Positions 1-13,130 of a stretch of DNA of 64,000 nucleotides are shown here, in pieces. The notes beneath the pieces are model-generated. The model was not told the DNA's origin and searched no databases. It saw only the letters and a list, made by a program, of their open reading frames with translations. This DNA is from Somniosus microcephalus (taxonomy: Eukaryota): contig CM126215.1 in assembly GCA_052327205.1 (NCBI GenBank), forward strand, positions 70,990,001 to 71,054,000, in the 5' to 3' direction. The first letter of the stretch is position 1, and each line of letters opens with the position of its first letter. The translations under genes and the position numbers were made by a program.

Positions 1-210
1 AGAAATTGAATCCAATAAATTTGGTCATTTGTGGATAAAATGACCATGAAAGCTACAGTTTTGTCATTAATCCTGCAAGTCTTGCCCAGTCTGGCCTACA
101 TGTGACTCCAGTCCCGTACTATGTGGCTGACCCTTAATGCCCTCAGGACAATTAGGAAGGAGCAGTAAATACCACCTTGCCAGTGTCGCCAATATCCCAA
201 GAACAATTTA
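1..210 (+). mobile_element. Degenerate 3' part of a shark tRNA-derived SINE, same family as 63074-63312
   Basis: Shares gaccatgaaa, tctggcctacatgtgactccag, caattagg and ccttgccag..cgcc.a.atccca with the copy at 63 kb. Confidence 0.7.
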
Positions 211-517
211 GATTTAATTGTTGCTATGCATCATTACTTGCATGCTCATGAAATTTTTACGATAGAATAATCAGCAAGACAATTCCTTTATACCACAGCA
301 TAGTATGGGATGCATCAATTACCTTTAATACAATTCAAGGCAGAAATCTCAACAAAAAAGACTCTTTCCTCTTACTATCATATATAGTTTCAGTAGGGTT
401 AACTTTTCTCAAGCACTGAGAATATCAAATGTTAAAAATTAAAGAAGTTCTTACCGGCTTTTTAAAAATTTACAACAAGCATCGTATTAGCTACTGACAA
501 ACAAGTCAACAACTCAC

Positions 518-3370
518 CTGTAGTGCTCGCTGTTCTCGACTAAGCTGGCTAGAGTCAGCATATAGTTCTGTTGTGACACACTTAAATTTATCTCCCACAT
601 ACCCAGCTGAGTTTGCAATTCGTTTTGTTAGGTTAGATTTCTTCGGCTTCATAAATTTAGCAGCTGTTGTGTCCAAGTCATCAGTTCTGTCTTTGGTATC
701 ATTGTGATTCAATTGAGCCAAAAACTGCTCAGTTTCAGCACCAAATTCCTTATCAGTATTTGTATTGCCAGAAGACGTGGCAATACTGTCAATGATACGA
801 CTGTCCTCTGAGAGATCAGCGATCAACTGAACTGTTGTACTCTCTTTACTTTGGCAGTCTGGAATAAAATCTTTGTTTAAGTTCTGATTTGGTAAACACT
901 GGCCCTGTGATGAGCTACAGTTCTCTACTGCCTTATGGACATCTCTGTCTTTTTGAACACTCTCTTTTATGGCAATGGCTTCCACAGAGTCAACTGTTTT
1001 CTCATGTATTTCCTTGGCAGAATATTGTTTGTTGGTGCCTTCTGGCAGGATGCTCTTTTTAGATGTTTTTGCTTCAATTTTTCCCCATTGATCACTGTGT
1101 TCTAAGATTAAGCGTTTGTCCTCGTTATCTTTGGCAAATGTTTTGCCATGATTCTTTGGACTATGGCATGATAGTTCAGCTCTAGCTGAAACATGTAGCT
1201 GATCTACATTTAGTTTTTGTGAAATCTCTGGTGGTCTCTCTCTGTTAACTGGTTCTTCACTACGTCGAAGTCGATCATGTGATCTGGATCTCCGCTGTGC
1301 TCCTTCACTTCTTTTCTCTTCCTGAACAGTGTGTGATGAGACGATAGGGTTGATCAAATTCTGGGTGTTGTGAAACACGGTGTATTCACTTCTGCATGTT
1401 GGCAAGCTGCTATAAGAAAGTCTGTGCTTTGGTGCCAAGTTTCCTGCATATAAATTGCCATTAGGCAATAAGGCAGGATGGGGAAATACAAGTCCTTTAT
1501 CAGGTAAGGGAAGGTGGCCAATTGGGATTCCTTCCGGTGTAGAGTAGGTGAAATATCTGTTTGGATATGGTAAAGGTGGGGATAGAAATGTCTCACTTGG
1601 AGTTAGAAATATTGAACCTGATGAATGGGCACTTTCAGTTGCATGTGACACAAAATCTTGACAACCTCCTTTGGTCCCTTTAGTGGCCTGCTTACTGGGT
1701 ACTGGAGAGGACTGTCCTGTTTGGTGAATGACAGATGTTTTATTTGAAGAGTTATTCCTTTGTGCCTTCTCGGCATGACCCCATTCAGTACTAACATTTG
1801 GTGATGGTGAAGCAGAGGCAGGTCGGCCCAATCCAGAGATTGAACCTGGAATATGATTTACAGAACCATTGGAGCTCCCAATCCTAGGGCACGAGGAGCT
1901 TCTCTGATGTGGAATTATACGCTCTAGTGTTTTATTGCTCACCAATATAGTACTGGTTTGATGGTCTCCAGGAGAACTGGTACTAGGAATGGCCCAGGTT
2001 GAGTGCAATTTGTTGATAATAGCAGGTCGTTCAACAGGGAGATCATTGTGTATTGAAGTTGAAAAACCTTCAGAATGTGTTTCCCTGCTAGACAATGAAG
2101 AGTTGTTTCGCCATTTGCCAGGTGCTAATACTGGCACCACCTTATCAGTACTCTCAGGCTTTGATACCTGATCACTTGATGTCTCACCACAGCCTACTTT
2201 AGAAGACAGATCTAGAGGCTTCTCATTGCAGTCTTTGGTAGGTGTTTGTTTTTCTTGCTGTGATGGAGACTTGGTAGCTTTTTGTTCAGGCTGTGAGTTT
2301 CGTGAATGTGTTGCTGTTTGTTGGAAGTTTTCACCAGGTTCTGGTGGTTTTGAATTTTTGCTGTTTGTTGATCGTGCAGGAGAGGTAAATTCACTACTTA
2401 GACTTAAATAACCATGAGGAAGTGCCATTGAGGGAGAAGGACCAGATATCCGAGCAAGATGCTTCTGAAATTCAGAAGAGCTCTCTCCAATCTGTGGTGA
2501 GGATAGATGAAGCCGGGAAGAAGGCCTTGGAGATTGCAATAATGAAGCAGGGTCTGCAGGAATGCTACTTGCATTTGACTTTTCATTAGCTGTAACCCTT
2601 GTTTTCTTGCTACTTGATATCTGATGTGTCAAAATGTGTGGATCAACTTGCAGTCTAGGGTTACCTGTCATTATTCCTGAAAGGCATTTATCAGGACAAT
2701 GAACCATAGAAGACATTATGGGTGACGTTGCAGCTGGTGTAATCCTTAGCGGAGAAGGAAGAGATGAAGGGATGTGAGGCAAGCCATAGTGTGGAGGTGG
2801 TATGTACAAGAAGCGATCACTGTGACTACAGACAGGTGAATAGGAGATGTGTTGTGGTAAGCCATAAGAGTTCTGTGAGGGTATCAAGCATGTTTTATAC
2901 ATGTTCATTGGGTACTTGCTTGGTGAGTCCACAAAAGGATACATCCCTGGTGCTGGGCTCTCCATGTATGGGCTAACCCATGGAAGTCGCAAATAACTAG
3001 GACCAGTTCCATTTACTGGAGTTTGTTTACCAGCTGAAGATCCTTCTAAACCCAATGGTTCACCTCTCGCACCAGCAGCATTTTGTAGTCCAGGTGGTGA
3101 TTTGTACAGTGTGCTAAAGCTTTCATGAGGCTTTGTGCAACCACTGCCATTTTCTAGGGTTTCCGGTGGATGTGATTTATAATTCAAATCAGGCATTCTG
3201 TCAGCCAGAAATCCCAGGCTGGTCATGGCAACTGCAGCCTCTTGTTCCTTTTCATTTCTAAGTCCACGTGCAGTAGGATACATAATACCATTATGGTTTC
3301 TCAGCTCTTCTTGCATGATCCCACTGGCAGCTCTAAGTCGATCAATTTGTCTCACTGAGGCTGCATCCAC
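518..3370 (-). CDS. BCOR: BCOR large coding exon (equivalent to human exon 4), 2853 nt, phase 0-0
   Basis: The ORF matches BCOR motifs SYLRLPWV.PYME, FLY.PPPHY, KPLDLSSK, QRSSSCPR, GRPASASP and KRIANSAGYVGD.FKCVTTELYADSSQLSREQRALQ. Acceptor ttctgtccag|GTG at 3370 and donor CAG|gtgagt at 518. The gene continues beyond position 1. Confidence 0.96.
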
Positions 3371-3719
3371 CTGGACAGAATTACACCAAGATTAATTATA
3401 TACATTCTACTTATGTAACTTATAAGTGTTTTTTCAGTTTTGGTTTGTTTTCTGTCACAGTCAGAGTTGTTACTTTAATAAAGTGATAAAATCCATTATC
3501 AGTTAGTATACTATAAAGAAACAGCCAACTGTAGTGGGCAAATAAAGGGAGTACAGGATAAAACAGTCACCCAATAGCATAGCAAGCATTTACATTACGC
3601 ACCTTAGCTCTTAATGAGCTTTGTCACTACGACATTACTATTTATGAAAGAAAAATAAAGCAACAGTTCTGGTGAACGCATAAACTCATTTACTGTGCGC
3701 TAAGAAACTAACATTTTCA

Positions 3720-5592
3720 ACCTGCTAACCTGTTCTCTTGCCTTGCCTTTGATGCTCTTGCTCCCAACAAATCGATTACTGTCTCCCATCCATACTGTCC
3801 CCTCTGGTACATCCCTCACCTTTGCTATCTCAAGTTAGAGGGGTGCAAGATCAAGTGTACCTGGTGCATAACCAGCCTAATTTTTATCCATCATTGGCTT
3901 GATCATATCAAGCCTTAACATGCTTCAGTCTTCTCAGCCAAAACTGTTTGCTAATCCCAGATCATTCTAGAGGGCAAGGGCAACCCCAAGACTCCTTTTC
4001 CCCAGGGCTAACCACCTCCTCAAAGCTCTTTCCCCATTCTCTCCACCCTCACCACCACGTGCAAAGGACTCGTGGATATCCTCTCTAAGATTGAGACCAA
4101 CCATGCAGTGGTTTCTTCCACGTCTCACCTCCTCTCTCCCCCCAGCTCCTAATCTCCCCACAATGTCCCATTCATTCTACCCCTGAACTATTGTCATCTT
4201 GCAGTTTCTCCACCATGTCATCTCCAAGCTCATCTCTTCCACAAGATCCTGCTCCCCTGATCTCCTCCCCAGTCAACTCCTCCTTCTGATCCCTTGCTCT
4301 TTCATGGCTATTGTCATCACCCCCTCCTCAAATAACCCATTGATTGACCCATCCATCCTCTCTAATCACTAACTTCCTTACCTCTCGAAGGTTATCAAAC
4401 ATGTCACGGCTCCCAGTTCTCTCCCAAAACTCCCTATTTGAACCCCTCCAGTTTGGTTTCCACCCTTCTCATAGCAGCGAAACAGCCCTAACCAAAATCC
4501 CAAATGACTCTGTGACTGGGGCCTGGGTGTATTGTCCTTCTTTGTCCTCCTTAAGCTTTCTACAATGTGTAACATGGTTTACCACACCACCTTCCTCCAT
4601 TGTCCAGCTCATGAGACTGCCCTTGTGTAATTCCATTTCTATCTATCTGAATGCAATCAACACATTGCCAACAATGGTTTTTATTCCCCACCCCTACATG
4701 CCCCTTCACCTCCAGATTCTTGCAAGGATCTATCCTTGCCCCCCGCACTCATTTACTTGTTGTCCCTTAGTGATGCCATATGCATACATGGGGCCAGCTT
4801 CCATATATGTGCTTTCTGAAACCCAGGCCTACCTCTGCTCCATCTCTCTTAACCCTAAACCTTCAACTGCTTGTCCAACATTAATTCATGGTTGAGTCAC
4901 TACTTCTTCAGCTGAATATTGAGAAGACTGAAGCCATCCCTTTTGGCACCCACCACAAGCTCTACTCCCTTGCTACCGAGTCCATCCCCTCTCCCTGGTC
5001 ATTAACTCAGACTAAACTATGGTGTGTAAAAGCTCAGCTCCTGTTTGATCCTGGCCTGAACTTCAAATAATATTCCATCCATCACCAAGATTGCTAATTT
5101 CCACTTCTCCAATACCCCATCCTGAGTAAACTACAACTTTTCAAAAGCTTAACCACCTATATCCTGTCCCGCACTAAGTCCTGCTCATCCATCACTCCAT
5201 CCTTACTGACCGACATTGGCTCTCTGTTCCCAACGCATTCATTTTTAAATCTTTATCCTCATTTACAAATCCCTCCATGGTCTCATTATATCCCAACTTA
5301 GTTATGTCCTCCAACCCTACACCCTCTCCCACAAGTTCTACACCTGTCTCTGGCCTTCTGTGCATCCCACTCTCCCATGCCCCATTATTGTTGCCAAAGC
5401 CTTCAGCTGCCTCAGTCACACTCTCTAGAACATACCGTAAACCTCTCCACCTTCAAAAACCAAGCTTTTACTCACTCCTCCTAATCTCTCCCTTCATGGT
5501 TCAGCATCCATTCCCTTATCTACCTCTATCTCTGGTGCAATTTGGGATTTTTTTTTAACTTTAAAGATACAATATAAATTCAAATTGTTGGC
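3720..5592 (+). mobile_element. Old degenerate L2-clade LINE ORF2 fragment
   Basis: Broken frames give FEPLQFGFHPSHSSETALTKIPND and LLQLNIEKTEAI (L2 RT motifs), an ITP..L..LHWL-like C-terminus and a tataaat..gttg 3' tail. Pyrimidine-rich as L2 elements are. Confidence 0.8.
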
Positions 5593-5849
5593 TGTTTGTG
5601 TAGTAAAAACATATCCGTCTCCCTCACATTTACAGTATGCTTTTCAAATCTGCAAGGTTTGTGGAAATGAGCTGGCCGATTAATCAACTAACCACACTTG
5701 TTAAGCCAGTAAAGTACTGTTTAAATGGTTCAGATGGTGACTTTTCTGTGAACCCAGCTATGGAGTGCAAAAAATGACAGGTAAATAACAACAGAGAACC
5801 TGCAAAGCTCATTTCACAGACCAAGACAGGAACCTGAATGTCAAACCGA

Positions 5850-5932
5850 GTATGGTAATGTAGTGGTTATGTTACTGGACTAGTAATTCAGAGGCCTGGA
5901 CTAATAATAGAGATGCAAGTTCAAATCCCACA
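5850..5932 (+). mobile_element. tRNA-like head fragment of a shark SINE
   Basis: A-box-like gtagtggtt, actggactagtaattcagaggc and B-box gttcaaatccc. Confidence 0.55.
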
Positions 5933-5934
5933 AC

Positions 5935-6440
5935 TGTTCACCACTACCCTTTGCTTTCTGTCACATAGCCAATTTCGTATCCATGCAGCCACTGCCCCTT
6001 TAATCCCATGGGCTTCAATTTTGCTAACAAATCTATTATGTGGCATAGCAGTTAGCACTGTTGCCTCACAGCGCCAGGGACCCGGGTTCGAATCCGGCCT
6101 CGGGTGACTGTCTGTGTGGAGTTTGCACATTCTCCCCGTGTTTGCGTGGGTTTCCTCCGGGTGCTCCGGTTTCCTCCCACAGTCCAAAGATGTGCAGGTT
6201 AGGTTGATTGGCTATGATAAAAATTGACCCTTAGTGTTAGGGGGATTAAATACGTGGGGTTACGGGGATAGGGTGGGATATGTGTTGGTGTAGGGGTTAC
6301 GGGGATTGGGAGGGATATGTGTCGGTGCAGGCTCGATGGGCCGAAATGGCCTCTATCTGTACTGTGAGGTTTCTGTGATTCTGTGAAATACCTTTTGAAA
6401 GTCCATATACACAGCATCAACCACACTACCTTCATTAACT
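5935..6440 (-). mobile_element. CR1 RT fragment split by the HE1 SINE
   Basis: Minus strand reads VDAVYMDFQKVF, then the SINE, then PHNRFVSKIEAHGIKGAVAAWIRNWLCDRKQRVVVN. Confidence 0.8.
6041..6385 (+). mobile_element. HE1-like V-SINE of elasmobranchs
   Basis: tRNA head gttagcactgttgcctcacagcgccagggacccgggttcgaatcc, V-domain tgtgtggagtttgcacattctccccgtg...cacagtccaaagatgtgcaggttagg, and CR1/HER1-like tail gatgggccgaaatggcct...ttctgtgattctgtga. Confidence 0.88.
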
Positions 6441-7760
6441 AACACCACATTCATTTCAGTGTGTCAGCTGCCTTGAGGAGTCAGATCAGCATTAGGAGGA
6501 CACTGGGAGGTGGATCAGGTGTCAGGACTTTGGATGGCAGTGGGGTTTGGGTCAGGTCCAGGCTGACGGAGGGGACGGGGGGAGATGAGTTAATAAAAAT
6601 GATGTATCCTACGTATTTCCCCATAAACTGCCATGTGTGTCAGTGCAGTCTTCAAACACTGATGTCCTGCTCATTCTCAGCATTTATCATCACTGGTCGA
6701 CTGTGAGTAAATAGCCAAACTTCCTTTATTAGTACATGCTGAGGAATTCTATGTATTGCTCCCTAGATCTGCTCTTAACAAGGCTTGTTCATTGCTGGCT
6801 AAGGCCAAGGCATTTTTTGTGGAAATGTGGCTCCTGAGAGAACGATAGTCACTTAAGACTAAACCACCATATAGCCAAAGCAAACTTACAAATCTCTGCT
6901 TTGAGTAGTGAAGATAAAATGAAAAGATCTTAAAATATCAGAAGCTTTGATATTCTAGACATTGAAAAACTAATCCATCTATATCCTGGCATTTTATTTT
7001 TGTTGTGGTCAGGTAAACAGTTTGATGAGTTTAAGAATGTAACAAAAAACATATAGAACTTTATTCTAAGTAGTTTAGTAACTCATTTTATTTTTCCTTC
7101 TTGATTCTGTTGCATTGAAACCATACTACCCAATTAATACTGCATTGTTACATTAGTGTCTAATTAATTTTCCCAACTTGTTCTGCTAAATGGCATGTGT
7201 ACTTGTTTACATTATAACAACTTTTTGCAATACTTCAAAGTAGTAGCCAAATATTTAAGCTTGAAAATATATTTTAATCTTCATAGAAACATGTAGTGCT
7301 CAAGAAAATATGTAGCTTCAATTTGTAAATTTGTTCTAGTAAATTTAAACTTTGAAACTACTGCTTAACACACTCATATCAAATTCCTCTCATTTTAACA
7401 GAGGCATTAACCCATTTAAAGTAAACAAGTTAACTCTTCCATTAAAATAGCAGAGAGAGAAATTTGACACGAGTGCATTAAGCATTTGTACGATACCATC
7501 ACTCACAGTAATTTCAAGGATTTAACCTTTTGAAATGCTGATCACATGCTGCCTATAAGCAAAAATGAATGCTCGTGTCCTGTAAATCCCAATTAGAATG
7601 GAACTAAACACTAAGCAATAACTTATAGTTTAAATTATCCATTCTGACTTGATTATGATAGGAGCAGACAACCTCGTTAGTACATGGGGGTTTATGCAGG
7701 AAAATGCACGAATTAGATTGTATTCTCCATCAGGAAGTGGATGAGTAAGTAATAGCTTAC

Positions 7761-7851
7761 CACACCCAAGTTGTGGGTCATGTGATTCTCTTCCCTGATC
7801 CCAAATCGCTTCATATTTTTCTGTGTTTCACCATCACTTACAGAGACTTTC
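7761..7851 (-). CDS. BCOR: BCOR second coding exon (equivalent to human exon 3), 91 nt
   Basis: Translates (G)KVSVSDGETQKNMKRFGIREENHMTHNLGV, similar to human RKILVNDGD...LREENPLNHNV. Acceptor cacagcag|G and donor GTG|gtaagc. Phase 2 in and phase 0 out fit both neighbouring exons. Confidence 0.92.
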
Positions 7852-10800
7852 CTGCTGTGAAAAGAATTCAAAGTTAATATTGTTTTATCTTGATTCTATA
7901 CATTGCCTATTTAATTGAATATTGCATTACATAACTGTTGGTTACTCTTAAAACAAAGCAGGTCTGACACAATTATTACCACTCCTCCAAGTGACTCTTA
8001 ACCTGCACACACAATATCTAGATTCATTAGGCAAATCACACAGAAATAATGATTTTACAATTCCAACAGTATTTTTCCCCTTTGAGGTATTTCTTCAATG
8101 GATGTAAAGCATGTAGTTCACCCTTCCTACAGTGTTTGAATACTTATTGTAAGGTTTTCTTCATTATTTCAAAAAACGTTCAATCTTTGTATACAAACAG
8201 GAAATGACAGGCAATCATTCTATGAGGGAAGGGCCATTTGGGACAAAGTGCCTTTAAAAAAAAAATCCTAAACCCTTATGGGTCAGACAAACTTCTCCAT
8301 TCCACTTTACTAAGGAAAGTTCTTCAAGGGTTCTCCCAATTGGGCACCATAACTTCATCGGAAGTCCCATCTATCTGTGGTTTCAGTGCTTAAACTGGGC
8401 CATACTCAGTTCTCTTTTTCTGCAGGAAGCAGATTTGCAGCAAGTAACAGTAAGAGCATAAGACGATAACAAAATAACAAAGTTCAAAAAAAAGAGAAGT
8501 AAAGGGGAGGTGAGAAAGAGAAACAAAAGGGTAGGTTTAGTGAGAGCTTTGTGCACTTCTTTTCAAAGAATAAGGTCATACCTGCAGTAACTAAACTAAT
8601 AAGATTCTACATATATTCAACCTCCCATTACAATATATGCAAGTGGTACAAAAATTGGTAGTTGAATTTTGAGGCCCTATCCCTTCAGCCCAACTAGAAG
8701 CAAAACAGCACAAAGATGGTTATAATCTTATTTTCCAACATAATAACACTTTGAAAAAGCATGTAACTGCTTTGAAGACAACCTCACGATTAACCTTCTA
8801 TGTGCCGACACAAAAAATAGCTATAGCACAAGCACGGTGAGCCCTATCTTTTCTTGGTAAGTACTAGTAACATCCATAACTGGTATATCACACCTCAGTG
8901 GGCTGAGATAGTAATTGTGCCACTAGTGTTCCTTTTTTATTTAATGCTGTAAGTCGTCAAGAAAGAAGTCTTTCTGGAAAGTAACAGCAATATATACTGT
9001 TGGAATCTTAGCTCCTCTAAAGCAATGCTTTCAACAGCCATGTGATCAGCCACAAGCTCTGAAGGTTGTTGCATCATATATGTTCATTCATTTGAGTCAT
9101 CCTTTTGTGTGATACTGATGGGTTGTTCACAATAAGGGCAAAGACCCCAAGATCCAGATCTTCCTCAGCCAATAGGGGTAGCTAGAATAAGAAGTGGGGG
9201 GCGGGGGGGTTAACAAATAGGACACCTGTCCTATGTGATCTTTCCAGTGAGATGATGACAATATCCTATTGTGCGTTGAGATTCAATGAATGAGAAAGGT
9301 TGAAAATTACAAGAATCAAAATAACCAAATACAGTAACAGTGCATTTATTCATCAGAAACCTACAAAAACATGGATGTTGGTGACAAAAATATTAATAGT
9401 AATCTATAAGTCACATGTATTGCTCTCTAATATGTTGGTGAAATACTCTTCCTACATTTCCTGTTTAGATTCATTTTGCTTAGAGGCTGGGAAAGTCCTA
9501 CCCATCTGTGCAAACAAATTTGGCACAAATGGAACAAAAACAGATCATATAATAAACATATGGCATACTGTTTGCACTACAAGTGCAATTCTGTTTCATT
9601 TTCATGTGTTTATTTTGTTTTAACACTATATGAGCAATTTCCACAAGACACTAAATAAGAGAGGAATTTTAGACAAACACATTAGTGTTTGCCCACTCGT
9701 ATCTCACAACGTAATTTCAGGGTTTACGTAAATTAGACGGTGTCAAACTAGTTTTGCAAATTAAGTGCTAGGTGATTAAAAATCAAAATCATCACACATA
9801 CGTAGATGAGCAAAATGTAAATCTCTTAGAAATTCTCTTATAGATTGAAAAAAAATCATGCTAGTCAAATTATAATCTCAGTTGTCTTCTTAGCTTGTTG
9901 CCTAAACTATTTGGCTGAACTGAGGAGCATTCCTCAATATCAGATAACCAATGTAAATAAGCTGAACGGGAATAAAATGCCAAATTTCTGTAGATCCTTA
10001 TCTGAGAAGAAGTTGGAGTGGGAGGATCCAGTTGTCGTGGTCCACATAGGAACCAACGACATAGGTAGAACTTGGAATGAGGTTCTGCTGAGGGAGTTTG
10101 AGGAGCGAGGAACCAAATTAAAAAGCAGAACCTCAAAGGTAATAATCTGTGGATTGTTACCTGAGTCACGTGCAAATTGGCATAGGGACAAACAGATTAG
10201 AGGTTTAAATGCGTGGCTCAAAGAGTGGTGTGGGAGGAAGGGGTTTCAGTTCATGGGGCACTGGCACCAGTACTGGGAAAAGAGGGAGCTGTTCCGTTGG
10301 GACGGGCTCCACTTAAACCGGGCTGGGACCAGTGTCCTGGCGAACTGAATAACTAGGGCAGTAAACAGGGCTTTAAACTAATGAAGTGGGGGCTGGAGGA
10401 TTCAGGAAAGAGTAAATTTAAAAGCAGTAGGAGAAATGTCAAGGCTCTAGAGCAGAGTAGAGTTTTGGGTAAAAATAAGCAGAGTGGGTCAGGAAGGGAG
10501 AGAGAGAGTAACGAAGGTAATAAGGCATCAGTGACTACAGTGACATCAGGGAAAAAGAGAAATAAGTCAAAGCTAAAGGCACTATATCTGAATGTGCGAA
10601 GCATTCGCAACAAAATAGATGAAATAATAGCGCATACAGAAATTAACAGGTTTGATCTAATAGCCTTAATGGAGACGTGGTTGCAAAGTGGCCAAGGCTG
10701 GGAACTAAATATTCCAGGATACATAACTTTTAGAAGAGATAGGCAAAATGGAAAAGGAGGACGGGGAGCCCTGATAATAAAGGATGGGATAAAGACAGTA

Positions 10801-11741
10801 GAGAGAAAGGATCTTGGCTCAGAAAATCAAGAAGTAGAATCAGTTTGGGTGGAGCTAAGAAACAGCAAGGGACAGAAAACATTGGTGGGAGTTGTTTATA
10901 GGCCCCCAAACAGTAGTTGTAATGTAGGGAAGAGTATGAATCAGGAAATTAGAGGCGCGTGTAACAAGGGTAATACAGTAATCATGGGGACTTTAATCTA
11001 CATATAGACTGGACAAACCAAATTTTCAGTAATAGTGTGGAGGACGAATTCATGGAATGTATGCAAGATAGTTTTCTAGATCAGTATGTTGAGGATCCAA
11101 CTAGGGAACAGGCTATTTTAGATCTAGTACTGTATTGTGCAATGAGAAAGTGCAACCTTGTAGTAAAGGGGCCTTTAGGGAAGAGTGACCATAATATGAT
11201 GGAATTTTATATTTGAGTTCGAAAGTGACTTAGTTAAATCCGAAACTAGGGTCTTTAATCTAAACAAAGCAAACTACATAGGCATGAGGGGCGAGTTGGC
11301 TAAGGTAGATGGGGAAACTACATTAAAAGGTATGACAGTGGATGAGCAATGGCTAGCATTTAAAGAATTAATACATAATTTACAACAAATATACTTCCTT
11401 TAAGACACAAAAACCCCACAGGAAATGTGGTCCAACCGTGGCTAACAAGAGAAGTTAAAGATAGTATTAGATCAAAGGAAGAAGCTAATAATGCTGCCAA
11501 AAATAGTAAGCCTGAGGATTGGGAGAATTTTAGAATTCAGCAAAGGAGACCAAGAAATTGATAAAGGGAAAATAGAATATGAGAGTAAACTAGCGAGAGA
11601 CATAAAAAGACTGTAAAAGCTTCTATAGATATGTAAAAAAGGAAAAGATTAGTGAAAGTAAATGTGGGTCCCTTACAGGCTGAGACAGGAGAAATTATAA
11701 TGGGGAATAAGGAAATGGCAGAGAAATTAAACAAATACTGT

Positions 11742-12582
11742 GGGCTCGATTTTCAATGGGCCGTGGAGGCGGGAATAGAGGCATGTGGGGAATTAAAACC
11801 CGAAATCAGGGGTCCCGACCCCATCCCACACCCAACCCGCCTCCATGCCAGTTTCAAAGGAGGCGGGTACCCGCCCCGCACTGGGACCCGCCTACCTGAG
11901 GCGGGAAGGGATTAGTGCTAATTAACTGCCTATTAACAAGTAGATAACAGGCAGTTTTTAGCCTAATCCCTATTTTTAATGCTGAAGTGTGGGATTCCCG
12001 GCGGCTCCAAACCACGCCAAGTTTGCGAGGCGGGCCGTTGGGTTGAAGGACTTGGAGGGGTCGAGATGTCGGTGTTCAGGTGAGTGATGGGTACATCAGT
12101 GCAAAGGTAAGTGTGTTTGGTGTGTCTAAAGTGTTTAAAGAAGTTTAAATGACCTTTTCTTACCTTTTCAGCCTTCCTTCCTTTAGGTCTCGGGAGTCCC
12201 TCATCTCACCAGCACAGAAAGCAGAATGGCTGCGAACTGTCGAAAGTGACAGCCTTCAGCTTTCTGTGCAGGAGAGATTTCTAACTGAGTCTGTGGAGAA
12301 GGACTCAGGTTAGAAGTAAGACTGTCAGTGTTTGACAGCTTCAAACAGCTGTGAAACGCTGATATTTCATCTGTCAAAACCTCTTGACAGATGAAATTTC
12401 AGTCTGTGACATCACTTGTTGCCGGGTGGCCCTTAATTGGCCTGCTGAGCCCACTGGGCGGGTTCAACAAGGTCAATCAAGTTAAAATCGTGTGGATTGG
12501 CCACATCTCGATGGAGGCGGGACTACAACCCCGAAAGTTGTAGTCCCGCCTCCTACCCGACTCCTGAGTGAAAATCCAGCCC
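11742..12582. mobile_element. Non-autonomous DNA transposon (PIF/Harbinger-like MITE) nested in CR1
   Basis: 14-bp TIRs GGGCTCGATTTTCA / TGAAAATCCAGCCC (1 mismatch) and 3-bp TSD tgt (11739-41, 12583-85). CR1 sequence resumes across it. Confidence 0.85.
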
Positions 12583-13130
12583 TGTGTGTTTGTCTTCATG
12601 GAAGAAGACGCAAAAAACTTCCCGGAACTAGTGGACAACCAAGAGTCTAGCGAGAATGAGGAACTGATAGATATTAATATTAGTAAAAAAGTAGTACAGG
12701 TACTGGAGAAATTAATGGGACTGAAAGCTGAAAGCTGATAAATCCCTTGAACCTAATGGCCTGCAGCCTAGGGTTTTGAAAGAGTTGGCTATAGAGATAG
12801 TTGTTGCATTGGTTGTCATTTTCCAAAATTCCATAGATTCTAGAACAGTTCCTGCGACTGGAAGGTGTCAAATGTAACCCCACTATTTAAGAAAGGAGGG
12901 AGAGAGAAAATAGGGAACTACAGACCTGTTAGCCTGACATCAGTAGTGGGTAAAATGCTAGAATCTATTATTAAGGACGTGGTAACAGGGCACTTAGAAA
13001 ATAATAATAGGATTGGGCAGAGTCAACACGGATTTATGGAAGGGAAATCATGTTTGACAAATCTGTTAAGAGTTTTTTGAGGTTGTAACTTGCAGAATAG
13101 ATAAGGGGGGGGACCAGTGGATGTGGTGTA

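Noticed and set aside
506-3370. 954-aa ORF as a standalone intronless gene
   Set aside because: The first codon is GTG (Val) right after a splice acceptor and the last residues (VSC) are read-through into the intron. It is an internal BCOR exon.
6041-6105. tRNA gene (also the A-box-like piece near 42191-42232)
   Set aside because: tRNA-derived SINE heads with no complete cloverleaf.
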